From: a virus
Lineage: Duplodnaviria > Caudoviricetes
Length of the DNA stretch: 40,945 bases
Virus record (IMG/VR): IMGVR_UViG_3300038808_000064
Location: 1 to 40,945 of that record
Strand: one strand, 5' to 3'
The position numbers and the translations under genes were made by a program. The notes below the pieces were generated by a model that was not told the origin of the DNA, searched no databases, and saw only the letters and a list, made by a program, of their open reading frames with translations. Position 1 is the first letter of the stretch; every line of letters begins with the position of its first letter. Shown here piece after piece: positions 17,566-27,522 of this stretch.

Positions 17566-18039
17566 TTGGCTGATCCGGATTTTTCGGACGTGGACCTATT
17601 CGGTGACCCCGTCCAGGCGCGCCGGGAAGGCCGTGGGAGGCCGGAGCATGTCTGGTCGCGCGAAAACTCGAACAAGGTCCTGTTGGCCTTTGCGCGCGGC
17701 ATGACGGTAAAGGAGGCGGCAACGGCGATCGGGGTCTCGGTCCCTACGCTGCGCAAACATTATTCTTCCGAGGTCGCGCAGCGCGACGCGGCGGCCATCC
17801 GGTTCGAGATGGTGCAGCTGAGCCGGCTGAATACCAAGGCGGCGGGCGGATCGGTCGCGGCGGAAAAGGAATTGGGGCGGCGCATCGAGAAGGCGCGTCT
17901 CGACGACCTGTCGAAAAGCATGGCCGCCCCGGCACCCCGTCCCGAGAGGAAGGGGAAGAAGGCGGAGGCGCAGGAAGCGGCGGAAGGCATCCGGGGCCCG
18001 TATGAGCCCCCTGCCCCACCACCTGGCCTGCTGAACTGA
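17566..18039 (+). CDS. terS: Terminase small subunit
   Basis: TTG start with GGAG RBS; GRGRP plus HTH (TVKEAATAIGVSVPTLRKHY); upstream of terL. Confidence 0.8.
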   Translation: MADPDFSDVDLFGDPVQARREGRGRPEHVWSRENSNKVLLAFARGMTVKEAATAIGVSVPTLRKHYSSEVAQRDAAAIRFEMVQLSRLNTKAAGGSVAAEKELGRRIEKARLDDLSKSMAAPAPRPERKGKKAEAQEAAEGIRGPYEPPAPPPGLLN

Positions 18040-18046
18040 CGGTCAC

Positions 18047-19816
18047 ATGATCGTCCAGCAGCCGGTCTGGACCACCGCGTGTCCGGACTGGGAACAGCGG
18101 ATCGTCGAACGGCGGTCGCTGGTCCCCTTCGCGCCTCTGTTTCCTGGCGAGGCGGCCGCTGCCCTCGACGTTTTCAAGTCGCTGCGCATGGTCGATGTCG
18201 CCGGGCAACCGACCTTCGGAGAGATTTGCGAACCGTTCGTCTTCGACCTCGTGGCCGCGATCTTCGGGGCCTATGATGCCCAGTCCGGGCAGCGGTTGAT
18301 CGAGGAGTTCCTTCTCCTCATCAGCAAGAAGAACGGCAAGTCGACGATCGCGGCCGGGATCATGCTGACCGCGCTCATCCGCAACTGGCGGCACGACGCG
18401 GCGTTGAGCATCCTGGCGCCGACCCAGAAGATCGCGAACAACAGCTTCGGCCCTGCCGCCTCGATGGTGCGGGCTGACCCCAAGCTGATGAAGCTGCTGC
18501 ACGTCGTCGATAACCAGCGCATGATCCGGCACCGGGTGACGCGCGCGGAACTCCGGGTGATCGCGGCGGACACGGACACGGTCGGCGGTAGCAAGGCCGG
18601 CTTCGTCCTAATCGACGAGCTGTGGATTTTCGGCAAGCGGGGCCGGTCGGAGGCGATGTTCGAGGAAGCGACCGGTGGTCTGGCTTCCCGTCCCGAGGGC
18701 TTCGTCATCTACCTGACGACGCATAGCGACGAGCGCCCTGCCGGTGTCTTCAAGGACCGGCTCGACTATTTCCGGGGTGTTCGCGACGGGACGATCGAGG
18801 ATCCGCGCAGCTTCGGCATGCTCTACGAGTGGCCGAAGCACATGCGCGAGGACGAGGCGTATCTCGACCCGACGAATTTCTATGTGACGAACCCCAATCT
18901 GGGGCGGTCGCAGTCGGTGAACTTCATCCAGCGCAAGCTGCGCCTGGCGAAGGAAGGGCGCGGTGAGGACGGCGATACGTCCGAGCAGATCGTGCTGGCG
19001 AAGTATCTCAACGTCGAGATCGGCCAACGTCTGGCGCGGGATCGGTGGCAGGGTGCGCAATACTGGCCACGCTGCGCGATCCCGGTCCTGACGCTAGACG
19101 ATCTGATCGCGCGCAGTGAGGTGATCGTCGGCTCTGTCGACGGTGGCGGCCTGGACGATCTTTTGGGCCTGTGCCTGATCGGCCGTGAGAAGGGCAGCAA
19201 GCGCTGGCTGATCTGGGCTCACGCCTGGGCATGGTCGGTAGTGTGGGACCGTCGCAAGGACATTGCATCGATCCTAGACGAGCTGGTCAAGGAAGGCACG
19301 CTGACCAAGTGTCAGCTGCCCGAAGACGTCGATCTCGAAGACGAGACGATCGGCGATGCCGACGCGGCGGATGATGACCTGACGGAAGACGTCCGCGGCG
19401 TCGTCGAGGTGTTCGTGAAGGTCCGCGATGCGGGCCTTCTCCCGGATGCTGAAGGAATCGGCCTCGATCCGGCAGGCGTCGCGGCGATCGTCGACGAGCT
19501 GTCAGACGCGGGCTTCCCGCCGGAGATGTTGAAGGCCATTCCGCAGGGCTGGCGGCTGAACAGCGCGATCAAGGGGCTGGCGCGCAAATGCGCGGCCCGG
19601 ACGGTTCGCCACGCGGGAACGCAGCTGATGACGTGGTGTATCGGCAACGTGAAGCAGGAGCCGCGCGGCGCCAACGGCGTCGCGATCACCAAGCAATCGC
19701 CCAGTGCGAAGATCGACCCGGCTGCGGCGATGTTTTCCGCCGCGATGCTGATGACGCTCAACCCCGAGGCCGCTGGCGGCTTCGTCTACAATGAACGCGG
19801 GATGGTGATTTTGTGA
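18047..19816 (+). CDS. terL: Terminase large subunit
   Basis: ISKKNGKS Walker A, VLIDELW Walker B, YLTT motif, DGGGLDDL nuclease acidic motif, KIDP. Confidence 0.96.
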   Translation: MIVQQPVWTTACPDWEQRIVERRSLVPFAPLFPGEAAAALDVFKSLRMVDVAGQPTFGEICEPFVFDLVAAIFGAYDAQSGQRLIEEFLLLISKKNGKSTIAAGIMLTALIRNWRHDAALSILAPTQKIANNSFGPAASMVRADPKLMKLLHVVDNQRMIRHRVTRAELRVIAADTDTVGGSKAGFVLIDELWIFGKRGRSEAMFEEATGGLASRPEGFVIYLTTHSDERPAGVFKDRLDYFRGVRDGTIEDPRSFGMLYEWPKHMREDEAYLDPTNFYVTNPNLGRSQSVNFIQRKLRLAKEGRGEDGDTSEQIVLAKYLNVEIGQRLARDRWQGAQYWPRCAIPVLTLDDLIARSEVIVGSVDGGGLDDLLGLCLIGREKGSKRWLIWAHAWAWSVVWDRRKDIASILDELVKEGTLTKCQLPEDVDLEDETIGDADAADDDLTEDVRGVVEVFVKVRDAGLLPDAEGIGLDPAGVAAIVDELSDAGFPPEMLKAIPQGWRLNSAIKGLARKCAARTVRHAGTQLMTWCIGNVKQEPRGANGVAITKQSPSAKIDPAAAMFSAAMLMTLNPEAAGGFVYNERGMVIL

Positions 19817-21072
19817 TGGGACCAGACGACTACGTCCGAACCCGTCGCGGGTTCAACACCTCCGAGGGGCACTATGCGGTCGCGCCTGTGCCCGGCCGCC
19901 CGGCCCCGTCGAACGTCACCGATGGCCGGTTCTTCGGTGATGAGGTCTGGAACATCATCTCCGGTCAGACAACCGAGGCGAACACGGCCGAGACGGCCGC
20001 GCGCGTGGCGGCCGTGTTCTTCTGCACGTCGATCATTGCCGAGGCAGTCGGCAGCATGGGGCTCGATTTCAGGGACGACCGGGGACCGCGCAACGACTTC
20101 CCGCTGGCCAACACGCTGGCCTATGAACCCAACCCGCTCCAGACCGGCGCGGAGTTCTGGGCGGCCATGGCTTTCTGCGCGGTGCTGCGCGGCGAGGCGT
20201 TTGCCGAGCCCACGGTCGGGTATGACGGCGTCGAGGTGTGGTTGCTCGACCCGCTGCGCACGACGTCGCAATGGGGGGAGCGCAGCATGTCGGTCCTCTA
20301 CCAGACGGGCACGACCACCCGCCGGCTGCTGCCCCAGCAGCTGTTCTGGTTCACGACGCTGTCGGACGGCCGCCTGCAACCGATGGTGCCGTGGAAGCAG
20401 GCGAAGGGTGCGATCGACTTTCAGCTGGCGCTGGAGGTCGGCGCACGGGCCTATTTCAAGAATGACCGGCGGCCGAGCGGGATCGTGACCACCGGTCAGA
20501 AGCTGACCAATGAGGCGCATGACCGATTGAAGGAGGGTGTCAATGCCTGGAAGCGTGGCGGCACGCCCGTTTTCGAGCAAGGCGTCGATTACAAGCCGGT
20601 CGCCAGCTCCAATAAGGATGCCGAGCTGGTCGACCTTTTCAAGCAGCGGACGCTGGAACTGGCGCGCTATTGGCGCATCCCTCGGTCGATGGTGTCGGAC
20701 GATGGTGGCAATGCCGGCAATAACGAGCAGGATACCCGGAGCTTCGTGAACTGGGCGGTGCGGCCGCTGACGCGGCGTATCGAACAGGCGATCACGGTCC
20801 GCATGCTGCCGCCCGACATTCGAGCGGCAGGTGTCCGCGCAAAGTTCAATCTGGACAGCATGTTGCGGGGCGATGCCGCGACCCAGTGGAAGAACGCGGT
20901 CCTGGCGCGGACCGGATCGATCATGAGCATCGACGAGATCCGCGCCGGCTGGTTCGGGCTCGCGCCGCTCAATGAAGACTGGTCGCGCGATCCGCGGGCT
21001 GCCCTCAACAGCAATCGTGCGGCCGATACCGCCACGGGCGGGGAAACCGCTCCGCAGGACAAGGTGACCTGA
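19816..21072 (+). CDS. Portal protein, HK97 family (418 aa)
   Basis: AVFFCTSIIAEAVG, EPNPLQT, YFKNDRRPSG, KFNLDSMLRGD, MSIDEIR. Confidence 0.95.
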   Translation: MGPDDYVRTRRGFNTSEGHYAVAPVPGRPAPSNVTDGRFFGDEVWNIISGQTTEANTAETAARVAAVFFCTSIIAEAVGSMGLDFRDDRGPRNDFPLANTLAYEPNPLQTGAEFWAAMAFCAVLRGEAFAEPTVGYDGVEVWLLDPLRTTSQWGERSMSVLYQTGTTTRRLLPQQLFWFTTLSDGRLQPMVPWKQAKGAIDFQLALEVGARAYFKNDRRPSGIVTTGQKLTNEAHDRLKEGVNAWKRGGTPVFEQGVDYKPVASSNKDAELVDLFKQRTLELARYWRIPRSMVSDDGGNAGNNEQDTRSFVNWAVRPLTRRIEQAITVRMLPPDIRAAGVRAKFNLDSMLRGDAATQWKNAVLARTGSIMSIDEIRAGWFGLAPLNEDWSRDPRAALNSNRAADTATGGETAPQDKVT

Positions 21073-21073
21073 G

Positions 21074-21946
21074 ATGGACATGACCGTCGCATCCGCCCTG
21101 TGGGCGATGCACCCCGACTTCCTGGCGGCGCAGCTGCGCTCCGGCACGATCGACGCGATGCTGCCCGACAGCATGCGCGGTTTCGCCTCGCTGATGGGTG
21201 GCCAGCCGCAGCAGGCCAAGCAGGCCGATCCCATCCGCGACGGGGCCACGATCATCATCCCGATCACCGGCACGCTGGCGCCGCGCGGCCTTTCCGGTTC
21301 GACCTATTACGACGTCATCGCCGATCGGGTGCGTGAGGCCGGGGCCGATGCAAAGATCGGTGCCGTCGTCCTCGCGATCCGGTCACCCGGCGGCTATGTC
21401 TGGGGCTGTGCCGAGGCCGGGGATGCGATCTATGAGGTTCGCCAGTCCAAGCCGGTCATCGCCGTGTCCGACCCCTATTGCTTCTCGGCTGCCTATTGGC
21501 TGGGCTCGCAAGGCAGCGGCTTCTACTGCACGACCAGCGGAGAAGTCGGCTCGGTCGGTGTCCGTTCGGGGCACACGGACGTGTCCGGTTTCGAGGACAA
21601 GATCGGGATGAAGACGACGCTGATCGCGTCGCATGACGACAAGATCGCCGGTCATCCCTATGCGCCGCTTGACGATGCCGCCCGCGCGGACATTCAGGCG
21701 TCGGTCGACGAAAGCAATGCCGCCTTCGCAGCCGCCATCGCGCGCGGCCGGGGTATCAAGGCCAGCGACGTCGCGGGCATCCACGGCACCGGCAAGACCT
21801 TCTCCGCCAAGCAGGCCCTGGCGAACGGCGCGATCGACGGCGTCGCGACGTTGCGCGACGTGGTGTCGCAGTACAATTCCAGCCGCAACCGCCTGGCGCT
21901 GATGCGTCGGCAGGCAGCGGCGATGGAGATGGCGCTGTCGATCTGA
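21074..21946 (+). CDS. S49 (SppA/ClpP-fold) prohead protease
   Basis: IRSPGG, SAAYWLGS, VGSVGV, AIARGRG, ALANGAIDGV. Confidence 0.92.
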   Translation: MDMTVASALWAMHPDFLAAQLRSGTIDAMLPDSMRGFASLMGGQPQQAKQADPIRDGATIIIPITGTLAPRGLSGSTYYDVIADRVREAGADAKIGAVVLAIRSPGGYVWGCAEAGDAIYEVRQSKPVIAVSDPYCFSAAYWLGSQGSGFYCTTSGEVGSVGVRSGHTDVSGFEDKIGMKTTLIASHDDKIAGHPYAPLDDAARADIQASVDESNAAFAAAIARGRGIKASDVAGIHGTGKTFSAKQALANGAIDGVATLRDVVSQYNSSRNRLALMRRQAAAMEMALSI

Positions 21947-21986
21947 CGGCCGCCACCTGACGAGGTTCGTCCATCTGGGGCGATAC

Positions 21987-22010
21987 GGGCAGCTTCGGCT
22001 GCCCTTTTTT
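21987..22010 (+). terminator. Intrinsic terminator-like hairpin upstream of the capsid gene
   Basis: GGGCAGC-TTCG-GCTGCCC followed by T6. Confidence 0.7.
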
Positions 22011-22041
22011 GTGGGCCACGCGCCCGAGAGGAAAAGCGATC

Positions 22042-23343
22042 ATGATCAATATCGCAGTGTTGAAGACGGAGGCGCGTGCGGTCGCAAAGCGGCAGCAGGA
22101 GCGCCTGAACACGGCCATCACCGAAAACCGCGCCCTGACGGCCGAGGAAGAAGCGGCGGACAAGGACGATACCGAGAAGCTGGCGCGCCTGACCGCGCAA
22201 ATCCAGCGCGCGGAAGCGGCGATGGCCGCCGCCAGCGCAATCGGTGCCGATCCTGCCGCGCCCCCGCCTTCGACCGGTCCGCCCGCCGCGACGGTCCCGG
22301 GACAGCCGCGTGCGCAGCTCGACACCGGCGGCTTCAACAACCTCGCCGAATTCGCCACGGCGGTCCGTTTCGCCAATCCGGCGGCTGGACAGAACTACCG
22401 CGTCGACGATCGCCTCGCGGCGCCGAGCAACGTCCACATGGAAGGTGGCGACACGACCGGCAGCTATCTCGTCCCGGCCGAGTTCCGCCAGAACATCGTC
22501 AACCTCGTCTTCGACGATGGCAACGATCCGGTGATGGACCTCATTTCCGCCGACCCGACCGGCTCCAACCGTGTCATCGGCCTGGGTGATGAAACGACTC
22601 CCTGGGGCTCGAGCGGTGTGCGTGCGGCCTGGCGCTCCGAGGGCGAGCAGATGCAGCCCAGCCGCATGGATTTGACGCCGCGTGAAACCAAGCTGGGCGA
22701 ACTCTACGCCTTTGTCCTGGCGACCGAGGAACTGCTGGAAGACGCGCCGCGCGTGTCGACGCTGCTGACCAAGCATGCCGCTGCGGCGATCCGCTGGAAG
22801 GCGGCCGATGCCTTCATGTACGGCGACGGCGTCGAAAAGCCGCTGGGCTGGCTCAACTCGGCCGCGACGATCCTCGTCCAGAAGGAGGGCGGTCAGGGTG
22901 CCGCCACTATCGTCCGTCAGAACATCGCGAAGATGTTCGCGCGCATGATCATGCCGACGCAGGCGAGCTGGCTGATGAACAGCGACGTCCTGCCCTCGCT
23001 CATGGAAATCCAGACCGCGCAAGGCGTGCCGCTCTGGTATCCCAATTACCAGGCCGCGCCGGGTGGCACGCTGCTCGGCCGCCCCGTCATCTTCAATGAG
23101 CATTCGCGCTCGATCGGCCAGCCGGGCGACATCCAGTTCGTCAACCCGAACGGGTATGAGGCTTTCCGCAAGCAGAATGGCGTCAGCTTCGCCGACTCCA
23201 TCCACCTCTATTTCGACTACAACATTCGTGCGTTCCGCTGGGTGTTCCGGATCGGCGGTCAGCCGGTCCTGTCGAAGCCGGTGACGCCCGCGAACGGCAA
23301 CACCACCAAGTCGCACTTCGTCGCGCTCGCAGAGCGCGCCTGA
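22042..23343 (+). CDS. Major capsid protein, HK97 fold with N-terminal coiled-coil delta-like domain (433 aa)
   Basis: GAGGAAA RBS; GSYLVP, TEELLEDA, GDGVEKPLG, TLLGRPV. Confidence 0.95.
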   Translation: MINIAVLKTEARAVAKRQQERLNTAITENRALTAEEEAADKDDTEKLARLTAQIQRAEAAMAAASAIGADPAAPPPSTGPPAATVPGQPRAQLDTGGFNNLAEFATAVRFANPAAGQNYRVDDRLAAPSNVHMEGGDTTGSYLVPAEFRQNIVNLVFDDGNDPVMDLISADPTGSNRVIGLGDETTPWGSSGVRAAWRSEGEQMQPSRMDLTPRETKLGELYAFVLATEELLEDAPRVSTLLTKHAAAAIRWKAADAFMYGDGVEKPLGWLNSAATILVQKEGGQGAATIVRQNIAKMFARMIMPTQASWLMNSDVLPSLMEIQTAQGVPLWYPNYQAAPGGTLLGRPVIFNEHSRSIGQPGDIQFVNPNGYEAFRKQNGVSFADSIHLYFDYNIRAFRWVFRIGGQPVLSKPVTPANGNTTKSHFVALAERA

Positions 23344-23412
23344 GCCCAGCCCCGGACCCGCGCGTGGCGCGGGCCGGTCGTCCGTTGACGGCCGGAGCAA
23401 AAGGACCATCAC

Positions 23413-23862
23413 ATGTTCAGCAATCTGAACCCCTCGGACCGCGCCGGTATCGCGGCCGTCATCGACCCCGCCCAGGCGGCGGTGGGGACGATCACCACGC
23501 CGTGGATCGACGCACGGACCTTCTTCTCGCTGCTCGCCATCATCGCGACCGGCGTGCTGGGCGCGGGCGCGACCATCGACGCGTCGTTCGAGCAGGCGAC
23601 CAGCAATGCGGGTGCAGGCGTCAAGGCCGTCCCCGGATCCGCGATCACCCAGATCGTGAAGGCGACGGGCGACAGCAAGCAGGCGCTCATCAACATCCGC
23701 CCCGAGGATCTCGACAAGAATGGCGGCTTCAAGTTCGTCCGCCTGTCGATCACCGTGGGCGGTGCCGCCAGCCAGCTGGCCGCGACCGTCCTGGGCCTCG
23801 ATCCCCGCTACGGCGCGGCCGGTGCCAATCAGGCCAACACCGTCGCCCAGACGGTCCGTTAA
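23413..23862 (+). CDS. Putative capsid decoration/cement protein (149 aa)
   Basis: AAGGA RBS; beta-rich, ends FVRLSITVG...PRY; directly after the capsid gene. Confidence 0.65.
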   Translation: MFSNLNPSDRAGIAAVIDPAQAAVGTITTPWIDARTFFSLLAIIATGVLGAGATIDASFEQATSNAGAGVKAVPGSAITQIVKATGDSKQALINIRPEDLDKNGGFKFVRLSITVGGAASQLAATVLGLDPRYGAAGANQANTVAQTVR

Positions 23863-23874
23863 GGAGGCATCCCC

Positions 23875-24525
23875 ATGATCGAATTCCTTCAGGACTATAC
23901 GACCAAGGCGATCCCGCCGGAATCGTTCGAGCGGGGTCAGCAGGTCAACCGCCCCGAGGACAGCGAGCTGTATTTCGTGCGTCTGGGGCTGGCCGGCTAT
24001 GTGACCGAAGATGGTCTGGTCGGTGAGGATTTCCAGCCGATCGTCCGCGCCCCTGCCCCCGAGGTCGTGACGCCGGGTGACCGGCGTTTCGCCATCGGCG
24101 GGCGGGCCGGCGAACTGTCGCTTGGCCTGGACGCGCCGCAGCGTGCGACGAGCGGGCCCGGCAACGTCCTGATCGCGGGTGGCGATCAGCAGACCGCCGC
24201 GGCTGCGGGCGAGCTGGAGCGCTTGCAGGCCGAGCTGACCGAAGCCAACGCGGAAGGCGACGACCTGGCCAAGCAGCTTGCGACCGTTCGTGCCGAACTT
24301 CAGGCCTCGCAGGACGCGCTGAAGCTGGCGCAGACCGATCTTGGCAATGCCCAGGCGGCCGCCCGCGATGCCGTGGAGGGCAAGGCGGCGCGCGAAGCCG
24401 AGCTGGCGACCGCCAACGGGCGTATCGCAGAGCTGGAGACGGCGTTGGCCGAGGCGACGAAGCCGGTCGCCGATCAGTCCAGCGACGATGGCGCGGGCGC
24501 GAAGAGCGTCAAGGCCGCGAAGTAA
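23875..24525 (+). CDS. Hypothetical protein with long C-terminal coiled coil (216 aa)
   Basis: AAGGAGG RBS; heptad pattern from LERLQAEL to LETALAEA. Confidence 0.75.
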   Translation: MIEFLQDYTTKAIPPESFERGQQVNRPEDSELYFVRLGLAGYVTEDGLVGEDFQPIVRAPAPEVVTPGDRRFAIGGRAGELSLGLDAPQRATSGPGNVLIAGGDQQTAAAAGELERLQAELTEANAEGDDLAKQLATVRAELQASQDALKLAQTDLGNAQAAARDAVEGKAAREAELATANGRIAELETALAEATKPVADQSSDDGAGAKSVKAAK

Positions 24526-24539
24526 GCGAGGGGCGGTCC

Positions 24540-25085
24540 ATGGCCATCACGATCCGTGCGACCGCCCCGCTCGAAGCGGGCGCGGTGTTGCCCGATGCGC
24601 TGGTCGCGCAGCAGCTGCGCCGCGACAGCGACGACGATAGTGCGCTGGTCAACAGCCTGCGCCTGACAGCGCTGCACTGGATCGAGAGGCATGTCGCCGT
24701 CTCGCTCCAGCGCCGCGGCTGGGTGGTGGTGCTGGACGGATTTTCCGATAGGGTGCGGCTCCCCGTTGCGCCAGTCACCACGGTCGATGCTGTCCGCTAT
24801 CTCGATCCATCCGGAACGGAGATCGAAGCGGTCGGCCTCTGGCGGCTGACCGATGGCGTTCTCGTACCTATGCCGGGTCAGGCTTGGCCTGTGACGCTCG
24901 CAGGACCCGGCGCGGTCCGGATCGAATTTACGGCGGGCTATGTGGACGCCGGGACGGAGGTCCCTAACCTGACGGCGGCTGCGTTGATGATGATCCAGCA
25001 TCTATACGATGGCGGCAATCTGGAGGCGATGCCTCCAGCGATCACCATGCTTCTCGACCTCGATCGCGTCCCGGTGATGGGCTGA
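24540..25085 (+). CDS. Head-tail connector (gp6/gp15-like adaptor)
   Basis: QLRRDSDDDSALV, LPVAPV, VRIEFTAGY, MIQHLYD. Confidence 0.88.
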   Translation: MAITIRATAPLEAGAVLPDALVAQQLRRDSDDDSALVNSLRLTALHWIERHVAVSLQRRGWVVVLDGFSDRVRLPVAPVTTVDAVRYLDPSGTEIEAVGLWRLTDGVLVPMPGQAWPVTLAGPGAVRIEFTAGYVDAGTEVPNLTAAALMMIQHLYDGGNLEAMPPAITMLLDLDRVPVMG

Positions 25086-25447
25086 TGGCCATGGATGCGC
25101 GTAAGCTGGATCGTCGGATCCGCATTGAGCGTGATGGCCCACCGCGCCACGACGGCTTTCAGAATGTCGCCGGCGCTCCTGAGATATTGGCCGAGGTATG
25201 GTCATCCTATCGCGCCGGTGGTGGGCATGAGCGCTATGCGAATGCCGAGAATGCCGCGACTGCGCCGGTCATCTTCCGCATACGGTGGCAGCCGGGCCTC
25301 AATCCTGATGCGCCTATGGGTCTGAACCCGTCCGATCGCATCCGTTATCCGGCCGTGGATGGGGGGTCGATATACGACATCAAGGCGGTGACCCCGGTTG
25401 ATCGCAGGAAATGGATCGACATCGCCGCCACAAGGAGGGTCGATTAG
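25085..25447 (+). CDS. Head-tail adaptor/head closure protein (SPP1 gp16-like)
   Basis: LDRRIRIE, FRIRW, IYDIKAV. Confidence 0.85.
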   Translation: MAMDARKLDRRIRIERDGPPRHDGFQNVAGAPEILAEVWSSYRAGGGHERYANAENAATAPVIFRIRWQPGLNPDAPMGLNPSDRIRYPAVDGGSIYDIKAVTPVDRRKWIDIAATRRVD

Positions 25448-25878
25448 TGGCCGGTCGATATACGTTTCGGGCCGAGGGGTTCGATCGTCTCGATCGGCAG
25501 CTGGATCGCATCGCGAAGCCTACTACCGCACAGAAGCGCGCTGCATTGCGGCTGGGGGCAGAAATCGTGGCGGACGAGATGCGCCGGCTGGCCCCCGTCA
25601 AAAGCGGCAATCTCCGAGACAGTATCGCGGTAAAGATTGTCGGCATGGAAGCGGCGCAGCGACAGGTGAATGTCCGTGCCACCACCGTGCTGATCGGGCC
25701 GCAGCAGGATGGGAAGCACGATCCATTCTATGCCTTCATGGTGGAATTCGGGACGGTGAAGGCCGCGGCGCATCCCTTCATGCGCCCCGCCTGGGACGCA
25801 AAACAGGCCGAAGCCAGCGCGGCTGTCATAGCCAGCCTGACCGAAGCCATGCTCAAGGATCTGCGCAATGGCTCTTGA
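25447..25878 (+). CDS. HK97 gp10-like neck protein (143 aa)
   Basis: APVKSGNLRDSI, FMVEFGT, AHPFMRPAWD; GTG start overlaps upstream TAG. Confidence 0.9.
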   Translation: MAGRYTFRAEGFDRLDRQLDRIAKPTTAQKRAALRLGAEIVADEMRRLAPVKSGNLRDSIAVKIVGMEAAQRQVNVRATTVLIGPQQDGKHDPFYAFMVEFGTVKAAAHPFMRPAWDAKQAEASAAVIASLTEAMLKDLRNGS

Positions 25879-26272
25879 AGCGGCGCTTTCCGCCCGGCTG
25901 CTGGGTGATCCTGACTACGATGCCGCGATGGTGGGCCGGATCGACTGGATGCGCCGCCCCAGTCGATCCCTGCCGGCGACGACTTTGCAGATCATCAGCG
26001 ACCCGCGACCTCAGTACATGAAGGGATTTCAGACGAGGCAGACGCGCGTCCAGCTCGATATCTGGTCCGCTTCACCGAAGCAGGCGGCCGAGCTGCGCGA
26101 GAAGGCCATCGCCATCCTCACGCCCTCGGCGCGTATCGGCGGGGTGGCGTTCCAGCGCGCCATGGTCGTGAACGTGCGGCCGGGGATGGACCAGCAGGTC
26201 GCGACCGAAGGGCAGCCGCAAGGTGAGCTGTACCGAGAAAGCATCGACTTCATTTTTACGCACAACGCCTGA
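25868..26272 (+). CDS. Tail terminator/completion protein (DUF3168-like)
   Basis: RVQLDIWS, LYRESIDF; directly before the tail tube gene. Confidence 0.8.
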   Translation: MALEAALSARLLGDPDYDAAMVGRIDWMRRPSRSLPATTLQIISDPRPQYMKGFQTRQTRVQLDIWSASPKQAAELREKAIAILTPSARIGGVAFQRAMVVNVRPGMDQQVATEGQPQGELYRESIDFIFTHNA

Positions 26273-26282
26273 GGAGGCAAAA

Positions 26283-26750
26283 ATGGACGCAGACGGCAAC
26301 AGCGAAGCCCAGATCGCCTGGGGTGGGGAATTCTGGCTCGCCAACGCACAGGGCGTTTTGGTCGAGCTGGACGAGGTGGTGGAGATCAATCCGCCGGAGG
26401 ATGCGGCGGCCGATGTGACGGTCACGCACATGAAGTCGCCGAAGAAGCGCGTGGAGCGCAAGCCGGGGATGATCGATCCCGGCACCGGCACCCTGCTCCT
26501 CAATTACATCCCGGGTGGGGCCACCGATGCCCTGGTCGGAGAGGCCCTGCACAAGGTGCGTGCCTTCCGGCAGGTCATCCCGGACGAAGATGGCAAGGGC
26601 AAGATCCAGATCGACGGCTTCCTGTTCATCAAGAGCCGCACGCGGCCGATGAAGGTCGGCGATCTGATGCAGACGACCCTGAACCTGCAGTTCACCGGCG
26701 CCCATGACGAAAAGGCGTATGTGGCCCCGGCCGGCGGGAACGGCGGCTGA
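26283..26750 (+). CDS. Major tail tube protein (155 aa)
   Basis: GAGGAGG RBS; VTVTHMKSP, GMIDPG, LNYIPG, LQFTG. Confidence 0.9.
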   Translation: MDADGNSEAQIAWGGEFWLANAQGVLVELDEVVEINPPEDAAADVTVTHMKSPKKRVERKPGMIDPGTGTLLLNYIPGGATDALVGEALHKVRAFRQVIPDEDGKGKIQIDGFLFIKSRTRPMKVGDLMQTTLNLQFTGAHDEKAYVAPAGGNGG

Positions 26751-27214
26751 TGCGCGGCGAGGTGGTGTTCGATGCCCTGGGACAGCGATGGACGCTGTTC
26801 CTGGGCACGTCCGCGCGCTGCGCGGTCGAGCAGCAATATGATCGCGGCTTCTTCGCGGTCGTGGCGGATGGGATGCCGGACGTCGATCCGCAGACCGCGA
26901 CCGCCATCGCGCTGTCGATGTCCGAGGGGGCGGAGATGTCCCCTGCTCTCGCCGCCAAGGCCGTCGTCGCGCTTCGGGGCGTCAAGATTTCGGTGCTTCG
27001 CGATCTGGCGTGGCATGGCATGCGCAAGCATCATGCCGAGGTGACGCCTGATCTCGTCGACGACATTATCGACGACATCGGCGACGATCGCTTCGGCGCG
27101 ATCATCCGGGAGGCTTTGCAGGCCACCCAGGCGACCGCGGAGGTGGGCGACACCGCCAAGCCGGGAAAGCCCGTCGGCGCGACCCGCGCGCGAAAACGGA
27201 CTGGGCGGAGCTAG
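26750..27214 (+). CDS. Tail assembly chaperone (gpG equivalent)
   Basis: Between tail tube and tape measure; slippery GGGAAAG near the 3' end. Confidence 0.85.
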   Translation: MRGEVVFDALGQRWTLFLGTSARCAVEQQYDRGFFAVVADGMPDVDPQTATAIALSMSEGAEMSPALAAKAVVALRGVKISVLRDLAWHGMRKHHAEVTPDLVDDIIDDIGDDRFGAIIREALQATQATAEVGDTAKPGKPVGATRARKRTGRS

Positions 27215-27522
27215 AGCGGCAATGGGCCGAATACGGGTTCGACCCGGCCGGCTTCTGGCTCCAGTCTCCCGCCACCTATCAGGCGGCCATGCAAGGGGCG
27301 ATCGCGCGCCGGCGCGCCGACTATGAACTGGCCCTGTTCGGCGCGTGGAACGGAGAGCGGTTCCACCGCGTCGAACGGCTTCGCCCCTTCCCGCACTATG
27401 CCAAGGCCATGCGATCGGCTGCGGCGCCGTCCCGGCCGCAGACGGCGCAGGAGCGATTGGCGGTGTTCACCGCGATGGCAGGCGCCGGGGTGCCGTTGAA
27501 GATTACACGGGTGGCGTCGTGA
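27163..27522 (+). CDS. gpT equivalent, expressed as a -1 frameshift extension of the chaperone (fusion ~257 aa)
   Basis: G GGA AAG at 27163-27169; the -1 frame stays open to TGA 27522 and encodes WAEYGFDPAGFWLQSP. Confidence 0.85.
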   Translation, partial: GKARRRDPRAKTDWAELERQWAEYGFDPAGFWLQSPATYQAAMQGAIARRRADYELALFGAWNGERFHRVERLRPFPHYAKAMRSAAAPSRPQTAQERLAVFTAMAGAGVPLKITRVAS

